DNA of 20,000 nt from an uncultured virus (IMG/VR IMGVR_UViG_3300023705_000157) (taxonomy: Duplodnaviria > Heunggongvirae > Uroviricota > Caudoviricetes). The stretch lies in IMG/VR virus record IMGVR_UViG_3300023705_000157; one strand, 5' to 3'. The translations under genes were made by a program, and so were the position numbers. Of this stretch, positions 17,197-20,000 are shown one piece after another; the first letter of the stretch is position 1, and the number at the start of each line of letters is the position of its first letter. Below the pieces are notes generated by a model. It ran no database searches, was not told the DNA's origin, and saw nothing but the letters and a program-made list of their open reading frames with translations.

Positions 17197-17354
17197 GCCA
17201 GCAGCATGGCTGCCCGCTGCATGAGGGTAAGACCACCAGCCGTGAAGAAGCTCAGCTCGGTTTCTGCGGGCAAATCCTTGCTCTTTGCCTTGAGGACGGC
17301 GAGACTTTGGGCGTTGGTTCCGGGCGTGGGGGCTTCCATCGTGTTCTGACTCAT
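17196..17354 (-). pseudogene. N-terminal ~53 codons of a phage RecT-like recombinase, truncated
   Basis: ATGA-coupled to the upstream nuclease with RBS GGAGG. 'SFFTAGGLTLMQRAAMLLA' resembles phage annealase N-termini, then the frame runs into antisense VWA sequence. Confidence 0.55.
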
Positions 17355-18157
17355 GACTTCCTCCACCTGCATGTCGTGTATGCAGGGCAATACTTTTCGT
17401 GACACATCATGGACTTGGGATTGCCGTAGAATGTTGCGGAATGGAGCATCCGCGAGGCTATTTCCAGCAGTCCTGGGGACTGCGAATCACTGTCGCCCAG
17501 AAGCAGGCTTCGGGCGTCATGGATTATGCCGATGCCAGCCCTGCGGCCCCGTTCGGTCTTGGCAACCTGGAGGCCGATGATCTGCGCAGGGGCTTCCATG
17601 GGCACTCCCAGGGCGGCCCCGGCCAGCAGTTCATACACGGCAATCTGGGCTGCGTGCCCGACCACCTTTACCGTGCCGTCAGCGTTCACGGCCTGTTTGC
17701 CGGTTTTGATGTCGGCTATGCCGTAATCGCCATTGACATTGACGGTAATGCGATCCGTCGAGCCTGTGAGGGCAAGGCCAATGTCTGTAATGACAAGCCG
17801 CTCGCATTTGGCCTCGACCGCCGCATACATCTGCTGCGGCGCTATTTCCGCACAGTATTTTGAGTGCAGCGCTATGCCGATTTTCTCGGCATCGCTTGGA
17901 CTGTCCTCGCCCCAATCCACATCCTCTGCGGGGTGCTGGATGGCGTCCACGACAGCCCCGGCAGCTTCGTCTGGCGTGAGCGGGTTGCAATCCAGAACGC
18001 GCTGGTCAAAGAGCGCCGTACCAGCGTGGACGGCTGTGCCGAGTTGTGCCGCCGCACTTCGAGGCATCCGCAGACCACGAACATATTTGGCTTCCCATCG
18101 TGCCGGACAGTCCCACAGTTCCGGCATGGACGACGCCCTGATGGTGATGACATCCAT
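17351..18157 (-). CDS. Phage PD-(D/E)XK (RecB/Cas4-like) exonuclease
   Basis: 'RASS....DCPARW', 'GTAVH', 'GSTDRI', 'ADIKTGK', 'QIAVY' and C-terminal 'CHEKYCPAYTTC'. Confidence 0.85.
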   Translation of the reverse strand: MDVITIRASSMPELWDCPARWEAKYVRGLRMPRSAAAQLGTAVHAGTALFDQRVLDCNPLTPDEAAGAVVDAIQHPAEDVDWGEDSPSDAEKIGIALHSKYCAEIAPQQMYAAVEAKCERLVITDIGLALTGSTDRITVNVNGDYGIADIKTGKQAVNADGTVKVVGHAAQIAVYELLAGAALGVPMEAPAQIIGLQVAKTERGRRAGIGIIHDARSLLLGDSDSQSPGLLEIASRMLHSATFYGNPKSMMCHEKYCPAYTTCRWRKS

Positions 18158-18267
18158 CACAGCACCCCCAGCAGGTGCGCCCAGACGACAACGCCCGCAA
18201 AAACTGCGGGCGCGGACAGGACGGCGGCAAACACGGTAAACAGAATGTCAAACCTCTCGGCGTTCAT
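18157..18267 (-). CDS. Small hydrophobic phage early protein (36 aa)
   Basis: MNAERFDILFTVFAAVLSAPAVFAGVVVWAHLLGVL with RBS GGAGG. Overlaps both neighbours. Confidence 0.6.
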   Translation of the reverse strand: MNAERFDILFTVFAAVLSAPAVFAGVVVWAHLLGVL

Positions 18268-18376
18268 CCTGCACCTCCTCCTCTTGCGGCGGTTCGATGT
18301 CGGGACAGCTCTCGCCGCGCGGGCGGCAGCATTCGCCCATGCGGCTCTCCCAGGGACAGCCGAATCCGTAACACAT
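18248..18376 (-). CDS. Small Cys-rich phage early protein (42 aa)
   Basis: MCYGFGCPWESRMGECCRPRGESCPDIEPPQEEEVQDERREV with RBS GGAGG. Hand-translated, not in the ORF track. Confidence 0.6.
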   Translation of the reverse strand: MCYGFGCPWESRMGECCRPRGESCPDIEPPQEEEVQDERREV

Positions 18377-18386
18377 GGCGCGCCTC

Positions 18387-18542
18387 CTACTGCATGGGCG
18401 GCTGCAGCCTGCAAAACAGCAGGCGCAGCATTTCCCCGAACTGTGAACGGGGGCAGCGGGCCACGGCCACGCGCCCGTCCCTCACCACATAGAACACGGC
18501 CTGCGGCTCCGGGCGCGCAGGCGCTTCCTTCATGTGCATCAT
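18387..18542 (-). CDS. Small phage early protein (51 aa)
   Basis: MMHMKEAPARPEPQAVFYVVRDGRVAVARCPRSQFGEMLRLLFCRLQPPMQ with RBS AAGGAGG. Hand-translated. Confidence 0.55.
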   Translation of the reverse strand: MMHMKEAPARPEPQAVFYVVRDGRVAVARCPRSQFGEMLRLLFCRLQPPMQ

Positions 18543-18601
18543 GGCTTACGCCTCCTTTGCGCTCCACGGCGGAGGGGCTTGTTGCTTGTGCAAAAGAAAA
18601 G

Positions 18602-18653
18602 GCCCCCGGTTTCCCAGGGGCCTTGAAAGGTGGTGGTGCGGGCGGTCTACTTG
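18602..18653 (-). repeat. Direct repeat copy 1 (Lys-stop + CACCACCACC spacer + intrinsic terminator)
   Basis: First 37 nt are identical to 19724-19760. On the minus strand it forms the hairpin AAGGCCCCTGG-GAAA-CCGGGGGCCTT followed by T's. Confidence 0.9.
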
Positions 18654-18736
18654 ATGCGCCCGCGCTTGATGCCGATATAAACGAAAAGGGCCATAGCCAC
18701 GAGGGCGACAGCTACGCTAATCGTGCCGATGTTCAT
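18647..18736 (-). CDS. Single-TM micropeptide (29 aa), cassette 1
   Basis: MNIGTISVAVALVAMALFVYIGIKRGRIK with RBS GGAGG inside the upstream gene. Followed by a terminator. Confidence 0.65.
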   Translation of the reverse strand: MNIGTISVAVALVAMALFVYIGIKRGRIK

Positions 18737-18887
18737 TATCCGCCTCCCGCCGCCAGTGATGTAATGCGAAGCCCCACATGGCAGCCAGAAAGCCCAACGG
18801 TACGGCAAACCAGCTTTGTGGGGTTATGACCGCGCCGACAAAAAGGCCAGCTCCTACGGTCATAAAAAACGTCTCCCAATACTTCAT
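18717..18887 (-). CDS. Two-TM small membrane protein (56 aa), cassette 1
   Basis: MKYWETFFMTVGAGLFVGAVITPQSWFAVPLGFLAAMWGFALHHWRREADNEHRHD. The RBS is weak, so the true start may be GTG 18942 with a 1-nt frameshift near 18890. Confidence 0.6.
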   Translation of the reverse strand: MKYWETFFMTVGAGLFVGAVITPQSWFAVPLGFLAAMWGFALHHWRREADNEHRHD

Positions 18888-19048
18888 GCCCAAACCCTAC
18901 CAGCTTGCTTGCGAGTTGTCGAACTCTTTTGCCGGTTGTCACCCGGTGGGTTGCCTCCCCAGCGGCCCGGAACCTTCAACTCCTTTGTTCCGCTCGCCGT
19001 CCCTGCGCGGCCTTTTCGATGAAGGGCTTTCCCTTCATCGGCAAGGCC

Positions 19049-19077
19049 AGAATGTCAAACAATCTTTCAAATGTCAA
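19049..19077 (-). promoter_or_regulatory. Putative leftward early promoter
   Basis: Minus strand TTGACA-17 nt-CATTCT with an extended-10 TG. AATGTCAA is repeated at 19051 and 19070. A 10 bp hairpin (19017-19040) lies just downstream. Confidence 0.55.
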
Positions 19078-19099
19078 TTGGAATGAAAAATTATTTTCC

Positions 19100-19128
19100 A
19101 AAAAAAATGGGCAGCCAAAGGCCGCCCA
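19100..19128 (-). terminator. Intrinsic terminator of the XRE regulator gene
   Basis: Minus strand TGGGCGGCC-TTT-GGCTGCCCA followed by T8. Confidence 0.8.
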
Positions 19129-19150
19129 ACAGGAAAATTTTCCATGTCGT

Positions 19151-19429
19151 CTACTCTTGGTCGATTTGATTCCAGAGCAAAAGCAACTCCTGTGCGGGGT
19201 TTTTCCCAAGTGCTTTGCACATGGAGCAGAAGTCCCCAAGCCTCACACGTAAACTTTTTTTTGTTGAAGTTTGCACAGAGTACATGGCATTGATTTTCGC
19301 CCGTGGATTCTCGCATTCAGGGAAAGCAAGACGTCCGAATTGCTCTTGGGTCAACCCAGCTTCCTTACGCGCCTTGAGCAGGAAATCTAGGGCGGCTTTC
19401 TCTATGGATATGATATTGCCCTCCTTCAT
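19151..19429 (-). CDS. XRE-family helix-turn-helix regulator (92 aa)
   Basis: 'LLKARKEAGLTQEQFGRLAF...DFCSMCKALGKNP'. RBS AAGGAGG before ATG 19429. No S24 peptidase domain. Confidence 0.8.
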   Translation of the reverse strand: MKEGNIISIEKAALDFLLKARKEAGLTQEQFGRLAFPECENPRAKINAMYSVQTSTKKSLRVRLGDFCSMCKALGKNPAQELLLLWNQIDQE

Positions 19430-19723
19430 ATCCGCGCCTCCTTTTTCCTGCCAGCCTAGCATAAAAAATTTGTCACGCGGATATTTCGTGCGAATGCTTG
19501 ATGTGTTAAATAATCTTGCGTAAGTGTCTTGTCAACGGCAACCCACGTTGCCCGCTCTCTGACAACCAGCCCCGACGAACCCGCTTCTCGCGTCCAGCCA
19601 GGTAGCTCCTGCCGTCCGCGAGCGGAACAGGGGGAGGGATGCCGCATGGGATGCGGTCGCGCTTGTGACGCCGTTTTCGAGCTGGGCGCGAAACCTGTTT
19701 TTCTTCCGCTGGGTGAAAAAATA

Positions 19724-19774
19724 GCCCCCGGTTTCCCAGGGGCCTTGAAAGGTGGTGGTGGGGCGGCCTACTTG
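19724..19774 (-). repeat. Direct repeat copy 2 (Lys-stop + spacer + intrinsic terminator)
   Basis: Matches 18602-18653 with one indel and one substitution. Confidence 0.9.
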
Positions 19775-19854
19775 TCTGGCATGAACTTATAGACAACGTA
19801 GCCAGCGACAAACAGCCCTGCCGCAAACAGGATGAATAACGTCCATGTGCTCAT
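19768..19854 (-). CDS. Single-TM micropeptide (28 aa), cassette 2
   Basis: MSTWTLFILFAAGLFVAGYVVYKFMPDK, with an ATGA overlap with the upstream gene and RBS GGAGG. Confidence 0.65.
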   Translation of the reverse strand: MSTWTLFILFAAGLFVAGYVVYKFMPDK

Positions 19855-20000
19855 TTTGTTTTCGCCTCCCACATTGTCAATATAAGGCTTCCAGCGAAAC
19901 AGCCCATCGCCACATACACGCCCAAATTGACGCCTTTGAAAATGCCTATCAAGGCGCTGCCGATTGCCAGTTTTTCAAGACCGTCGGCCATGCGTTTCAA
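19851..20000 (-). CDS. Two-TM small membrane protein, cassette 2 (start at or beyond the window edge)
   Basis: LKRMADGLEKLAIGSALIGIFKGVNLGVYVAMGCFAGSLILTMWEAKTK*, open to position 20000. Confidence 0.65.
   Translation of the reverse strand: MKRMADGLEKLAIGSALIGIFKGVNLGVYVAMGCFAGSLILTMWEAKTK

Larger units (their letters stand above)
17196..20000 (-). mobile_element. Early/regulatory region of a second prophage remnant
   Basis: XRE regulator, leftward promoter, small ORFs, exonuclease and RecT-like gene, all on the minus strand. Confidence 0.7.

Noticed and set aside
10880..18157. Cas4-like nucleases as part of a CRISPR-Cas system
   Set aside because: No repeat-spacer array or cas1/cas2 seen. 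Both nucleases sit beside annealase genes, which fits recombination exonucleases.
17864..18829. 321 aa plus-strand ORF
   Set aside because: Antisense to the nuclease and small early genes, runs through a terminator and has low-complexity Ala/Pro/Arg composition.
18602..19774. The 52 bp repeats as CRISPR repeats or IS ends
   Set aside because: Only two copies ~1.1 kb apart in direct orientation, each a stop codon plus terminator, with no transposase between them.

Overview
Mosaic accessory region with no host housekeeping genes, probably from a Desulfovibrionaceae-like bacterium (inferred from gene content only). It has three juxtaposed, partly eroded mobile blocks. (1) 1-~8453 is the right end of a siphovirus-like prophage: an FN3-rich tail-tip protein, a tail fibre/spike with an S74-type chaperone and an AT-rich C-terminal module, several fused gene fragments, and an attR formed by the displaced 3' half of tRNA-Val(TAC). 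(2) ~8454-17195 is an integrative-island backbone: a 5'-truncated FtsZ-like gene, ERF, a Cas4/AddB-like nuclease, a MoxR/CobS-like AAA ATPase with a C-terminal WGR-like domain, a beta-clamp-like protein, DUF3150 and a truncated VWA-type gene, interrupted by three minus-strand type II toxin-antitoxin operons. (3) ~17196-20000 is the leftward early region of another prophage: a truncated RecT-like gene, a PD-(D/E)XK nuclease, small ORFs and an XRE regulator. The most unusual signals are two sequence-divergent '2-TM protein + 1-TM micropeptide' operons sharing a near-identical ~52 bp 3' repeat on either side of the regulator, shared motifs in divergent non-coding leaders, the AAA-WGR/clamp-like module, a T7-loop-degenerate FtsZ homologue and about seven gene-breaking junctions.
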